64,000 bases of DNA. Origin: Methanomassiliicoccaceae archaeon (GTDB taxonomy: Archaea > Thermoplasmatota > Thermoplasmata > Methanomassiliicoccales > Methanomassiliicoccaceae). Shown here one piece after another: positions 20,569 to 30,740 of this stretch (within the stretch, counting starts at the first letter, position 1; each line of letters starts with the position of its first letter). The stretch covers positions 736,001 through 800,000 of the forward strand of contig JAXGZN010000001.1 of the NCBI GenBank assembly GCA_040776945.1, in the 5' to 3' direction. The translations under genes and the position numbers were made by a program. The notes beneath the pieces were generated by a model. The model ran no database searches. It saw only the letters and a list, made by a program, of their open reading frames with translations, and was not told the DNA's origin.

Positions 20569-21792
20569 ATGGGAGAGAGCTCCCGGAACATCGGACAAAG
20601 GAGCGTGGTCAATCTGAAGGAAGCGGTCATCATCAGCGCCGCCCGCACCGCGGTCGGCAAGTTCGGAGGCACATTGAAGAACTACCCGGCGCCCCAGATG
20701 GGCGCGGTAACCATCGCTGAGGCGATCGAGAGGGCCACCCTTGAGCCCAAGGACATGCAGGAATGCATCATGGGCATAGTGCTCTCCGCCGGGGTAGGGC
20801 AGAACCCCGCCCGGCAGGCCGCGCTTAGGGCCGGACTGCCAGTGGAGATCGGGTCCATGAACATCAACAAGGTCTGCGGCTCAGGCCTGAAGGCGGTGAT
20901 GCTGGCGGCCTCGTCGGTGCGGGCCGGGGAGAACGATGTGGTGGTGGCCGGAGGCATGGAGAACATGAGCGCCGCGCCATACCTCCTTATGGAAGGCCGC
21001 TTCGGATACCGTCTCGGGGACAACAAGGTCATCGACCACCTGGTGCGCGATGGGCTGTGGGACGCTACCACCGACCAGCATATGGGCAACACCGCGGAGA
21101 TCGTCGCGGAGCGGCACAGCGTCACGAGGCAGGAGGCCGACGAGCTGTCCTACCAGAGCCATGTGAAGGCAGCCGCCGCCCAGAAGGAAGGCCGCTTCGA
21201 CCGCGAGATCGTGCCCGTCAAGATGAAGGCGAAGAAGGAGGAGATAGAGTTTCGGGCCGACGAGGGCATCCGCCCGGACATCTCCATGGACGCGCTCTCC
21301 AAACTGAGGCCGGCGTTCAAGGAAGGCGGCATGGTCACTGCCGGCAACGCCTCCCAGATCAGCGATGGCGCGGCCGCCCTGGTGGTGGCCTCGAGGGAAT
21401 ATGCCGAGGAGCGCGGCATCAGGCCCCTGGCGACCATAGTGGACTACTGCACCGGAGGGACGAGGCCAGAGTGGATAATGGAGGCACCGATCTCCGCCAC
21501 CCGGACGCTTCTGGAGAGGAACGGCCTGACCATCGGGGACATAGACCTCTTCGAGCACAATGAGGCCTTCGCCTCGGCCTCGGTGGCGGTGAAGCGCGCC
21601 CTGAACGTCCCGGACCCCAAGTTCAATGTGAACGGCGGCGCCATCGCTCTGGGCCATCCCATAGGGGCCAGCGGCGCCAGGGTGCTCACCACGCTCCTGT
21701 ACGCGCTTCAGGACCGCGGCGCGCGAACCGGCCTGTGCACCCTCTGCCTGGGCGGGGGGAACGCCGTGACCATGCTCGTCCGGCGGGAATGA
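20569..21792 (+). CDS. Acetyl-CoA C-acetyltransferase (thiolase)
   Basis: NKVCGSG, NEAF, GGAIALGHPIGASG, CLGGG. Confidence 0.95.
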   Translation: MGESSRNIGQRSVVNLKEAVIISAARTAVGKFGGTLKNYPAPQMGAVTIAEAIERATLEPKDMQECIMGIVLSAGVGQNPARQAALRAGLPVEIGSMNINKVCGSGLKAVMLAASSVRAGENDVVVAGGMENMSAAPYLLMEGRFGYRLGDNKVIDHLVRDGLWDATTDQHMGNTAEIVAERHSVTRQEADELSYQSHVKAAAAQKEGRFDREIVPVKMKAKKEEIEFRADEGIRPDISMDALSKLRPAFKEGGMVTAGNASQISDGAAALVVASREYAEERGIRPLATIVDYCTGGTRPEWIMEAPISATRTLLERNGLTIGDIDLFEHNEAFASASVAVKRALNVPDPKFNVNGGAIALGHPIGASGARVLTTLLYALQDRGARTGLCTLCLGGGNAVTMLVRRE

Positions 21793-21881
21793 GCCCTCCG
21801 CCCCCGCCGCGCCCCCTCGCCGCCTGGCGATAGGCTTTAGATGATATCGTCCATTTCCATCCCGGTGAGAACCTGCCTGCG

Positions 21882-23138
21882 ATGGACGAGCTTCTGAGTA
21901 CGGTGGACGGATACCGGGACGAGATGATCAAGCAGATGACCGCTATGCTCAGGATCCCGGCCATGGGCCCGGAGAACGGAGGCCAGGGAGAGGTCGAGCG
22001 GTCCCTCTTCGTCCAGGACCTGCTGCGCCGCATCGGGTTCCAAGAGGTGGAGGTGCACAACGCTCCAGACCCCCGGGTCGCCCCGGGGATAAGGCCGAGC
22101 ATCATAGCCAGGCGCAGGGGCAGGAGCGACCGCACCGTGTGGATCGTGTCCCACATGGACACCGTGTCCCCGGGCGATGAAAAGGCCTGGAGCTATCCGC
22201 CCTTCGACGGAACGGTGGTGGACGGAAAGCTGTATGGCCGAGGATCGGAGGACAACGGGCAGGCCGTGATCTCGTCGCTGTTCGCCGCGCGGGCGCTCCT
22301 CGATACCAAGCTCGAGCCGGAGCTGACCCTCGGGCTCGCGGTGGTAGCCGACGAGGAGGCCGGCTCCGACTTTGGCATCAAGTACCTCATCCGACAAGGG
22401 CTGTTCGGGAAGGATGACCTGTTCTATGTGCCGGATGCTGGCGAATCGGACGGCTCGGTCATCGAGGTGGCGGAGAAATCGATCATCTGGCTGAAGATCA
22501 CGGTGAAGGGGAAGCAGGTGCACGCCTCCACGCCGAAGAAAGGCCTCAACGCCCTGCGGGTGGGTTCGGAGATGCTGCTGTTCCTCGCGGACCAGCTGGC
22601 CGGCCATTTCCCAGGGGAGGACAAGCTGTTCTATCCCTCAACCTCCACCTTCGAGCCCACCAAGCGGCTGGCCAACGTGGAGAACATCAACACCGTGCCG
22701 GGCGAGGACGTCACCTTCTTCGACATCCGCCTGCTGCCGCGCTACGATCCGCAGGAGTGCATCAGGGCCGCCAAGGAGATCGGCAAGGTGTTCGAGAAGC
22801 GTTCGGGCGCGAGCATCGAGGTCGAGGCCATACGGGTCGATCCTGCCGGGAAGGCCTCGCAGACCGACGGGGAGGGCGCCAAGGCCCTGGTCAAGGCGGT
22901 GCGCCATGTCCTCGGGGTGCAGCCCCGGATGATGGGGATCGGGGGACAGACATGCGCGAACTGGTTCCGCCAGGAAGGCCTGGACTCCTATGTGTGGGAG
23001 ACCGTGGACGAGATGGCGCATCAGGTCGATGAGTATGCCCGCATAGACAATCTGGTCAACGACGCCAAGGTGTTCTCGGTCCTGCTGGCCCACCTTTGCT
23101 ACCCAGGAGCGTTCAAGGAGACCCAACCCGACTACTGA
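21882..23138 (+). CDS. M20 family metallohydrolase (DapE/ArgE-like)
   Basis: SHMDTV, GRGSEDN, DEE, HAS, AHQVDE. Confidence 0.92.
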   Translation: MDELLSTVDGYRDEMIKQMTAMLRIPAMGPENGGQGEVERSLFVQDLLRRIGFQEVEVHNAPDPRVAPGIRPSIIARRRGRSDRTVWIVSHMDTVSPGDEKAWSYPPFDGTVVDGKLYGRGSEDNGQAVISSLFAARALLDTKLEPELTLGLAVVADEEAGSDFGIKYLIRQGLFGKDDLFYVPDAGESDGSVIEVAEKSIIWLKITVKGKQVHASTPKKGLNALRVGSEMLLFLADQLAGHFPGEDKLFYPSTSTFEPTKRLANVENINTVPGEDVTFFDIRLLPRYDPQECIRAAKEIGKVFEKRSGASIEVEAIRVDPAGKASQTDGEGAKALVKAVRHVLGVQPRMMGIGGQTCANWFRQEGLDSYVWETVDEMAHQVDEYARIDNLVNDAKVFSVLLAHLCYPGAFKETQPDY

Positions 23139-23214
23139 TGCATTGCGGGATGACCGGGGCCTCCGGTCAAACCTTCTTATGGTCCTCGGGGATACCTTAA
23201 CGGGTGTTTCAAGA

Positions 23215-24297
23215 ATGATCAACAATACCAAGAGATCGGTCCTGGACGACAGAGTGGAACATATCGACCTTGAGGAGGTCATAACGGTCAGGGACCTCGT
23301 CAATGCCTACAAGGACAGCTCTATACAGAGCCGCGCGCTCGCCAGCTGCGCGCAGGTCTATGAGAGCGCGCTGCAGGACCCGCAAAGGCCGTTCATCTTC
23401 CTGGGAATATCCGGCCCGCTCATCGCCGCCGGGCTCCGCAAGGTCCTCGCCGACATGGTCCGCTTCGGCCTGGTCGACGCGATCGTGTCAACCGGCGCCA
23501 TAATGTACCAGGACTACCTCAACGCCGGGGGCCACTGGCACTACAAGTGCTCGCCCAACATCGACGACCTCATGCTGAAGGAGCTGGCGATAGACCGCAT
23601 CTACGATACCCTGGTGGATGAGGACGCCTTCTACGAAAAGGACGCCGAGATAGGCGATATCGCTGAAACGCTGGAGCCTCGGGGATACTCCAGCCGTGAG
23701 TTCATGGAGGTGTTGGGCGACAGCGTTGCCGATGAGGGCTCGATCCTATACAATGCCCGAAAGTACGGCGTGCCCATCTTCGTTCCGGCCATGAACGACT
23801 CTTCCATCGGCATCGGGCTCACAGGGTTCTATCATAAGATGCTCTCCGAAGGGAGAAGCTATGGCGAGTTCATGCACATCGACTCCATCCGAGACAATCA
23901 CGAGCTGACCCAGCTGAAGATCGCGACCGAGCGCACCGCCGCCGTCTACATCGGCGGAGGCGTGCCCAAGAACTTCATCCAGCAGATGGAGGGGACCGCT
24001 GACACCATGGGCCACCCGAAGGGCGGGCATTCCTATGCCGTTCAGATCACCACCGACTCCCCACAGTGGGGCGGCTTGTCAGGATGCACCTTCGAGGAGG
24101 CACAGTCTTGGGGAAAGATCAATCCCGACGCCAAGACCGCGGTAGCCTACATCGAGGCGTCCATCGGGCTGAGCCTGATGATATCATACGTGCTGCAGAA
24201 CGGAAGCTGGGAGGGCAGGAGCAGGCTGCGGCCCTCATGGGACAACGGTCAGCTGGTTTCGCTTAGCCCGGAGCCGATCGGTCCTATCGAAGGATGA
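23215..24297 (+). CDS. dys: Deoxyhypusine synthase (-like)
   Basis: IGGGVPKNF, GGLSG.T.EEA.SWGK with active-site Lys. Confidence 0.88.
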   Translation: MINNTKRSVLDDRVEHIDLEEVITVRDLVNAYKDSSIQSRALASCAQVYESALQDPQRPFIFLGISGPLIAAGLRKVLADMVRFGLVDAIVSTGAIMYQDYLNAGGHWHYKCSPNIDDLMLKELAIDRIYDTLVDEDAFYEKDAEIGDIAETLEPRGYSSREFMEVLGDSVADEGSILYNARKYGVPIFVPAMNDSSIGIGLTGFYHKMLSEGRSYGEFMHIDSIRDNHELTQLKIATERTAAVYIGGGVPKNFIQQMEGTADTMGHPKGGHSYAVQITTDSPQWGGLSGCTFEEAQSWGKINPDAKTAVAYIEASIGLSLMISYVLQNGSWEGRSRLRPSWDNGQLVSLSPEPIGPIEG

Positions 24298-24307
24298 TGG
24301 CGGCCAC

Positions 24308-25267
24308 CTAGTCCGAGAACAGCCGATCCAGCATCCACTGGCTGTCGAACTTGATGATGTCCTCGTACTGCTGCCCGGTGGACAGGAAGGCGATGGGTCT
24401 CCCGATGGCATTGGCGATGGAGAGAGCCGCGCCGCCCTTGGCATCGGTATCGATCTTGGTCAGGATGACGGCGTCGATCCCCACCGCCTTGTTGAAGGCG
24501 ACGGCCTGCTCGATGGCATCGTTCCCGGCAAGGGAATCACCGACGAAGACGATCAGGTGAGGGCTCACCACCCGCTTGATCTTCTTCATCTCGTCCATCA
24601 GGTTGGTGTTGGTCTGCATCCGCCCAGCGGTGTCCACGAGCACGACGTCCCGGCGCTTGGCCTTGGCATGGTCCACCGCGTCATAGGCCACCGCTGCCGG
24701 GTCCCCGCCCGACTGATGCTTCACGATCTTGGTGCCCAGCCGGTCGGCGTGCACGTTCAGCTGTTCGATGGCCCCTGCGCGGAAGGTATCGGACGCGGAG
24801 AGAACGGTGGTCAGCCCCATCTTCTGCAGCCGATTGGATATCTTGGCGATGGCGGTCGTCTTGCCGGTGCCGTTGATGCCCACGAACATGATGACCACCG
24901 GCTTTTGGTGCTCCCTGACGAAGGCGTCGAAATCGAACTCGCTCTTCTTGAGCACCTTCTCTATGGCGCTCTTCAGGGCCGCCTCGACCACCTTGTCCAG
25001 GGTGAACTTGCGGTCCACACGCTTGCCGACGAGCCCTTCCCTGACGCCGCTCTTGATCTCCTCGATCACAGGTAGGGCGACGTCCGATTCCAAAAGCCCG
25101 AGCTCCAGTTCCCAGAGCAGCTCGTCGACCTCCCTCTCGTCGATCTTGCGGCCGCTGTCCCCTACCGCGGCCGCCGCCGCGGCGACCTCCTCCTGCTTAG
25201 TGGGCGGCGGTGCCTCGGTCGCCTTTCCCCGCAGCGCGGAGAGCTTCTTCTTAAGCGACTCGAACAA
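24308..25267 (-). CDS. ftsY: SRP receptor FtsY
   Basis: G.NGTGKTT, DTFRAGA, DTAGR, TK.D..AKGG. Confidence 0.97.
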   Translation of the reverse strand: MFESLKKKLSALRGKATEAPPPTKQEEVAAAAAAVGDSGRKIDEREVDELLWELELGLLESDVALPVIEEIKSGVREGLVGKRVDRKFTLDKVVEAALKSAIEKVLKKSEFDFDAFVREHQKPVVIMFVGINGTGKTTAIAKISNRLQKMGLTTVLSASDTFRAGAIEQLNVHADRLGTKIVKHQSGGDPAAVAYDAVDHAKAKRRDVVLVDTAGRMQTNTNLMDEMKKIKRVVSPHLIVFVGDSLAGNDAIEQAVAFNKAVGIDAVILTKIDTDAKGGAALSIANAIGRPIAFLSTGQQYEDIIKFDSQWMLDRLFSD

Positions 25268-25280
25268 CCGCTCACCTCTC

Positions 25281-25703
25281 TCATTGCCCGCGCTGCAGTG
25301 CCTGGAGCTCCATGTCCACGGCCTGGGACAGCGCGGCGGCCTGCTCCTCGATGGCCATGCGGCGCTCCGTCAGCTTCTTCATGGAGTCCATGAGCTCAGC
25401 GGCCCGGTCGTCCATGGTCTTGATGGCATCGTCGATGGGCTTCTCCACGGACACTCCGGTCCCGATGCCCACGATCGCCTTGGTCTCACCAGCGACCTTG
25501 GCGAAGACGAACGAACTGCCCCCGATGGGCACCAGCAGCTCATCCCCTTCCTTGGCCTTCTGGTATTGGACGAGCGTCTCCCTGGCCCTTCCCAGCTCCT
25601 CCAGGGACATCTGGACCAGCTGCTGGTTCTGGGCGATGCTCTCGAGCTGGGCGCGGAAGACCTCCAGAGTGGACATCGCCTGGCGCAGCTCCGCCTCGTT
25701 CAT
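25281..25703 (-). CDS. pfdA: Prefoldin alpha subunit
   Basis: Coiled coils flanking LVPIGG...VGIG.GV.VEK; sits in the rpl18a-pfdA-ftsY cluster. Confidence 0.94.
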   Translation of the reverse strand: MNEAELRQAMSTLEVFRAQLESIAQNQQLVQMSLEELGRARETLVQYQKAKEGDELLVPIGGSSFVFAKVAGETKAIVGIGTGVSVEKPIDDAIKTMDDRAAELMDSMKKLTERRMAIEEQAAALSQAVDMELQALQRGQ

Positions 25704-25933
25704 TGATGCCCCTCGGCGAGGTACTTCACCGCATGGTTGGTGATCTCGTCGCCCGTGATGCTCTTGATCTCAGAGATCCTGATCTGGGGGCGCTTGAGCT
25801 TGTGGCGGCTGCCCAAGTTGGAATAGATCTGCTCGGTGACGCCGGCCTCGTTCTCAGCTGCGACCTCGATGCTGAACTTTTGCCAGCTGAACTTGCCGGT
25901 CTTGAACTCACCTATGGCGCGATAGGCCTTCAT
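25700..25933 (-). CDS. rpl18a: 50S ribosomal protein L18a/LX
   Basis: YS.LGSRHKLKR..I.I motif; ATG at 25933 with GGAGG upstream. Confidence 0.93.
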   Translation of the reverse strand: MKAYRAIGEFKTGKFSWQKFSIEVAAENEAGVTEQIYSNLGSRHKLKRPQIRISEIKSITGDEITNHAVKYLAEGHQ

Positions 25934-26002
25934 ATAAATCCTCCCCCCTCGGAAGGGAATCCCCACAATAAACCTTTTGGTATCGGAGAATGTAGCGGTC
26001 TC

Positions 26003-26824
26003 ATGACCGGTCGCCTGACCATCTACCGTCCAGGGAAGCACTTTCCGGCCATCTCGGTGACCGGGGAGCGATGCGAGCTTCGGTGCGAGCATTGCCGGGG
26101 GCGCTATCTCAAGGGCATGAGGGGAGTGGGCTCGGGGGAGGAACTGCTGTCGGTCGCGTCCGGGCTCGAGGCCTCCGGAGGCACCGGGCTACTGCTCAGC
26201 GGGGGCTGCGACGCCCAGGGCCGCGTGCCCATCGGGCCGTTCCTGGGGGCGGTGGGGCAGATCAAGAGCTCGACGAGATTGGCGGTCAACCTGCACCCCG
26301 GGCTGGTGGACGAGGCGTCTGCTCCGGCGATCCTCGCATCGGGCGCTGACGTCCTCTCCGTGGACGTCCTCCAGGACGGTCCCGCCATCATCGAGAGGCT
26401 GCATCTCAACGCAGCGCCGGAAGCTTACCGCCGGACGCTGGAGCTGCTATCGCCGGGCACCCTCGCTCCCCACATATGCGTCGGACTTCAGTCGGAGAGG
26501 GGAGAGAGGGACACCGTGGACATGCTCTCTTCCTTCCGCATCCAGGCGCTGGTCGTGCTTGGCCTGATGGCCCCGCCCGGCTCAGGCGTCCGGCCGGTGG
26601 ACGCGGACCGTCTGGTGAGCTTCATCCGCTCCGCTGTGCGGAGGCTTGACGCGCCGGTGCTGCTCGGCTGCATGCGGCCCCGCGGCCGCGCGCGAGCGGA
26701 GATCGAGGCCATAGAGGCGGGGTGCGCGGGGATCGTGAACCCGGCGCCGGCAACGGTGGGATGGGCGCGCTCATCGGGGTTGGAGATCATGGAGCGGCGG
26801 ACCTGCTGCGCCCTTCACCGGTAG
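26003..26824 (+). CDS. Radical SAM protein (biotin synthase-related)
   Basis: SVTG..CELRCEHC (CxxxCxxC), LLSGG, LGCMRPRG, C-terminal CC. Confidence 0.88.
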   Translation: MTGRLTIYRPGKHFPAISVTGERCELRCEHCRGRYLKGMRGVGSGEELLSVASGLEASGGTGLLLSGGCDAQGRVPIGPFLGAVGQIKSSTRLAVNLHPGLVDEASAPAILASGADVLSVDVLQDGPAIIERLHLNAAPEAYRRTLELLSPGTLAPHICVGLQSERGERDTVDMLSSFRIQALVVLGLMAPPGSGVRPVDADRLVSFIRSAVRRLDAPVLLGCMRPRGRARAEIEAIEAGCAGIVNPAPATVGWARSSGLEIMERRTCCALHR

Positions 26825-27621
26825 ACCGCGCCCTTGGTGTACTTGCTCCTTATCTTCGAGGCCAGCAATATCCACGCGGTGTAGAAACCGATGAACAGCG
26901 TCCCGAACATGGAGATGAAGGCCACGAAGGTGGGGGAAAGCGTCCGGTGCGCGGTATAGGACACCTCGACCGGAGATTCGCTGTTCACAACTATGTAATA
27001 CTCGCCGAACGGGGTGTGGGGGAACGCAAGGTCCAGGCCGGCGGATACATCGTTGGCCGTGAGAACGGAGTGCTGCCTCAGGTCGTTGACGTTTCCTGCG
27101 TACAGCTGATAGTTGACCTTGGAGACGATGATGACCTCTGCCGGAAGGCCGCTCTCCACCCTTAAGCGCTCCACCGTGGTCAGGCCCAGCGCGTCGCGGT
27201 TGCGGAACACCGCGGTGGTGGAGGTCTCCCCCGACTCGCTGGTGGCGTTGGCTATGGCATCGGCCACGAACGGTGTGAGCACCAGGAACACCGCCACCGC
27301 AGCGACGGCGATGACGATCATGCTGCGGCGAATGGACCGCTTCAGCATGTAGGACCTGGCGCTGAAGCTCTTGGTGTACCATTGCTCCAGGTAGGTGAAG
27401 AAGAAACCCTCCACCCCCACGACAAGGGCCATAAGGATGACGAAGTACAGCACAGCGCCGACGTTGAAGTAGAACGGCTTCAGCTGGACCTCGCCCCCCA
27501 TGGAGACGAGCACTATCACTGAGAAGAGGACTATGACGACTTGGACGATCATGAGGTTCCTCTTGGTATTGCGCACATGGGCTAGCCTCACACCGCCTTC
27601 CAACGCATTGCCCAGATCCAT
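26815..27621 (-). CDS. Hypothetical membrane protein
   Basis: Four TM helices with a soluble beta domain; host-like codon usage. Confidence 0.75.
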   Translation of the reverse strand: MDLGNALEGGVRLAHVRNTKRNLMIVQVVIVLFSVIVLVSMGGEVQLKPFYFNVGAVLYFVILMALVVGVEGFFFTYLEQWYTKSFSARSYMLKRSIRRSMIVIAVAAVAVFLVLTPFVADAIANATSESGETSTTAVFRNRDALGLTTVERLRVESGLPAEVIIVSKVNYQLYAGNVNDLRQHSVLTANDVSAGLDLAFPHTPFGEYYIVVNSESPVEVSYTAHRTLSPTFVAFISMFGTLFIGFYTAWILLASKIRSKYTKGAVYR

Positions 27622-27693
27622 AGGAACCCGGTTGAAATTTTTCTTTGTAGATAAATATCTTTGCTCCTGGACGGCGCACCTGGATATCCACGC

Positions 27694-28962
27694 TCACCCC
27701 TCGGGCGGAAGGTCCAGCGTGGCCATCCTCCGCCCGATCATGAACATCGCCGCGTATACTGGCACCTCGCACAGGCCGTCCACCTCGAACCTCCGCCCCT
27801 TGATCTCGACGACCGAGGGCTGGCGCACGAAGACCTCCACCGGACGGTCCGGGTACAGCGAGGGCACGGCGTCCCGCAGCGGGTCGAACTCGTCCAGCTC
27901 CTCCCGGTCCATCGGGATGACGCAGAGCCCGGTCTTGCCGTGCAGCGACCACGGCAGGCGGATGAGGCGCTTGATGTCGCTGGTGACCGGCTCGTCGATC
28001 TCGGCGCTGAAGCGCGGCCTCACCTCCTCGTCCATCAGCCTGAGGAACAGGTCCAGGTGGCGGCGGTCGGAGAAGCTGGAGAGCGAGCAACCGGACAGCA
28101 TGAGGTCCGCGCCGTCCCTGGACCCGCTCTTTGCGTACAGGTCGCGCAGCATGCCCTCGATGATGGCGTCGGACGAGGCGCTAAGCGCCGGCAGCCTTGC
28201 CCGCAGGTCCGGCAGGTCGCGGGAGCGCATCTCCTCCACCAGCCATATCATGCCGCGGCGCATCCGGCGGCGCCATCCGCCCGAGGCCTCCGGGGGCAGG
28301 GAGCGCACCCTGCTCTCCTGCACGATCCCCTTGATCGTGCGGGAAGCGGTGGTTCTCTCGGGGAACACCCACTCCAGGCTGAGGTCCGTGCCTGCGATGT
28401 AGTCCACGATCTCCCTCCGCTCGTGGCTCCGGAGACCCGCCAGCCGGGCGTCCATAACGTGGATGTGATATCCCCTCCCGCCAGAGAACACGATCCTCAG
28501 GTGGGACGCGTCGAATCCGAGGTCGCCGAGCAGGAAATCGTCGATCAGCCGCAACAGCTCGACCTTGATGCGAGCGAGCATGTCCCGGTAGGACATCGAG
28601 TCCGCGCCCTTGACATGGTCGGCGTCCAGGTCGAATATGAGGTCCGCTCCCAGCCACCGCTTCTCGTCCATCGTGGGTGCGCCCGGGAACTGGTAGTACG
28701 CGGACGAGTAGTAAGCGTGGGACGGGACCTGGCCCTGAAGGTAGGAGTGCAGCTCCCCTGGCTCCTCGAACCCGATGTGCCGCTGCACGAAGTCCCGGTC
28801 GAAGAACATGAAGCCAAACTCCCTCCGGTCCATCCTCTCCGGCGGCCTGGGCGGCCGGCTCGAGTAGTACCTGTGGAACCATCCCATCATGAACTCCCGG
28901 TCCGGGTCCATCGTCGACAGGAACGGCTTGGCGCTATTTGTAACCGCCAGCCAAGCTCGCAA
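27694..28962 (-). CDS. priS: DNA primase catalytic subunit
   Basis: REFGF, LIFDLDAD, FSGGRGYH, ID..VT.D.KRLIRLP.SLHGK. Confidence 0.96.
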   Translation of the reverse strand: MRAWLAVTNSAKPFLSTMDPDREFMMGWFHRYYSSRPPRPPERMDRREFGFMFFDRDFVQRHIGFEEPGELHSYLQGQVPSHAYYSSAYYQFPGAPTMDEKRWLGADLIFDLDADHVKGADSMSYRDMLARIKVELLRLIDDFLLGDLGFDASHLRIVFSGGRGYHIHVMDARLAGLRSHERREIVDYIAGTDLSLEWVFPERTTASRTIKGIVQESRVRSLPPEASGGWRRRMRRGMIWLVEEMRSRDLPDLRARLPALSASSDAIIEGMLRDLYAKSGSRDGADLMLSGCSLSSFSDRRHLDLFLRLMDEEVRPRFSAEIDEPVTSDIKRLIRLPWSLHGKTGLCVIPMDREELDEFDPLRDAVPSLYPDRPVEVFVRQPSVVEIKGRRFEVDGLCEVPVYAAMFMIGRRMATLDLPPEG

Positions 28963-28996
28963 AGCTCTAATACCTCACGCTGGAGAACTGTCCAAC

Positions 28997-29446
28997 ATGA
29001 TGATGCAGATAGCGCTGGAGCACTTGTCCGGCGGCCCTCCTCCTTCGGCCGTGGACAGGAAGGTCCAGGGGATAGGCCTCATCCGGCACGGAGCGCTCTA
29101 CACGATCGAGGCGGGAACGGAGGAGGAGATGCGCTCCAAGATAGACCTGCTGCACGAGGCCCTGCGGGGCAGCGGGGTCCGCTATAAAATCGTCGCCAGC
29201 GAGGTGCCGTCCAGCACCACCATGGGCCTAGAGGACCTCGAAGGGCGGATGGAGGAGATAAGCTCCCAGCTGAAGCAGGGATATAGGAGCTATGACGCGC
29301 TCCAGAGCGCCATGGACATCGGCGAGATGGAGCTCGATTCAGTGCTGCAGGAGATGGTCGACCGGGGCCTGATCACCGCCCACCGCGGGGAGGAGGGCAT
29401 GGGCTACCGTCTCGCCGGCCCGACGCTGCGCGCGATGGCCCGATGA
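28997..29446 (+). CDS. Hypothetical protein with C-terminal winged HTH
   Basis: C-terminal L..MVDRGLI...Y.L wHTH pattern; GGAG upstream. Confidence 0.65.
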   Translation: MMMQIALEHLSGGPPPSAVDRKVQGIGLIRHGALYTIEAGTEEEMRSKIDLLHEALRGSGVRYKIVASEVPSSTTMGLEDLEGRMEEISSQLKQGYRSYDALQSAMDIGEMELDSVLQEMVDRGLITAHRGEEGMGYRLAGPTLRAMAR

Positions 29447-29856
29447 CCTCCCGGCCGGTCACCAGCCGTGCCGCCGGGACCGCCTGCGCCCAGGTCCCGA
29501 CGGGCACGGCGGCGGATAGCCAGGCGCGGCGGGGGATAGGACATCCAGGGGAACGAGGACGGACTCCGGCCGGGTGAGGCCGAAGGCCCGCACCGGAACG
29601 AGCGGAGGGGCGTCCGGAGCGAAAGCCTTCGTGCCCAGCCTCCGCTCCCCGCCTCTCACCGGGCCGGTCCACCGATCTCTCCGCGCTCTTGTCGCTCTCC
29701 CCGACATGGTCGGAAGCCACCGGGCCCGCTCCTTGGCCATGGCCATGGCGCGCGGTTCACGGCCTCCGCTGTTCACAGCCGTCAGGGGGCCTGAGAGCCG
29801 CTTCGACAAGCCTAAATACAGCATCACGAATCGATAGGGTCCGTCAGGTGATATAG

Positions 29857-30735
29857 ATGGGAGCCGTTTCCGCTAACCTCCGGGTGCTCATGATGTTCAG
29901 CTTGCTCACGGTCATCTTCGTCGCCGTGGGCTGGGCCGTGGGCACCTACTTCATGGGCAACTGGATCACCGGAGCGCTGGTGTTCCTGGTGATAGCCGCA
30001 GCTTTGAACTTCGTGTCGTACTTCTTCTCCTCCAAGATCGTCCTGGCGTCTTACCGGGCGCGCGTGGTGAACGAGGCCGAGGCCCCGAGGCTGTACCGCA
30101 TCGTCCGGCAGGTGGCAGGCATGGCCGGCATGCCCATGCCGCAGGTGGCCATCGTTCCGTCAATGAACCCCAACGCCTTCGCCACCGGCCGCAACCCGAC
30201 CCATGCCACCGTGGCGGCCACCGAGGGCATCATGCAGCTGCTCAACGATGACGAGCTGACCGGCGTGCTGGCGCACGAGATGGCCCATGTGAGGAACCGG
30301 GACATGTTGGTGATGACCGTCGCGGCCACTCTGGCCGGGGCAGTGTCCTTCGCCGCCCGCTCCTTCCTTTGGGGCAGCATGTTCGGCGGGGGGAACCGCG
30401 ACAACGGGAACTTCATAATAGCCATCATCGTCGCCATAACCGCGCCGATCGCCGCCATGCTGGTGCAGCTGGCGGTGTCCCGCAGCCGCGAGTACCTCGC
30501 GGACCGCGAGGGGGCGATGATGATCGGGCGGCCGATGGCGCTGGCGGACGCGCTGCGGAAGCTGGAGACGGGCAACAAGGCCCGCCCCATGAACATGGGG
30601 AACCCCACCTCGGCGTCGCTGTTCATCGTGAACCCCTTCCGGGGCGGCGGCCTGGTGACGCTGTTCTCCACCCACCCTCCCATGAGCGAGCGCATCCGCA
30701 GGCTCGAGGAGCTCGCCGGCGGCCTCCGCCGGTGA
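29857..30735 (+). CDS. htpX: Zinc metalloprotease HtpX
   Basis: PNAFATGR, AHEMAH, SRSREYLAD, FSTHP. Confidence 0.96.
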   Translation: MGAVSANLRVLMMFSLLTVIFVAVGWAVGTYFMGNWITGALVFLVIAAALNFVSYFFSSKIVLASYRARVVNEAEAPRLYRIVRQVAGMAGMPMPQVAIVPSMNPNAFATGRNPTHATVAATEGIMQLLNDDELTGVLAHEMAHVRNRDMLVMTVAATLAGAVSFAARSFLWGSMFGGGNRDNGNFIIAIIVAITAPIAAMLVQLAVSRSREYLADREGAMMIGRPMALADALRKLETGNKARPMNMGNPTSASLFIVNPFRGGGLVTLFSTHPPMSERIRRLEELAGGLRR

Positions 30736-30740
30736 CCTCT

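Noticed and set aside
29447-29810. SRP RNA or RNase P RNA
   Set aside because: The SRP helix-8 motif and the RNase P GAGGAAAGUCC-type motif were not found on either strand.
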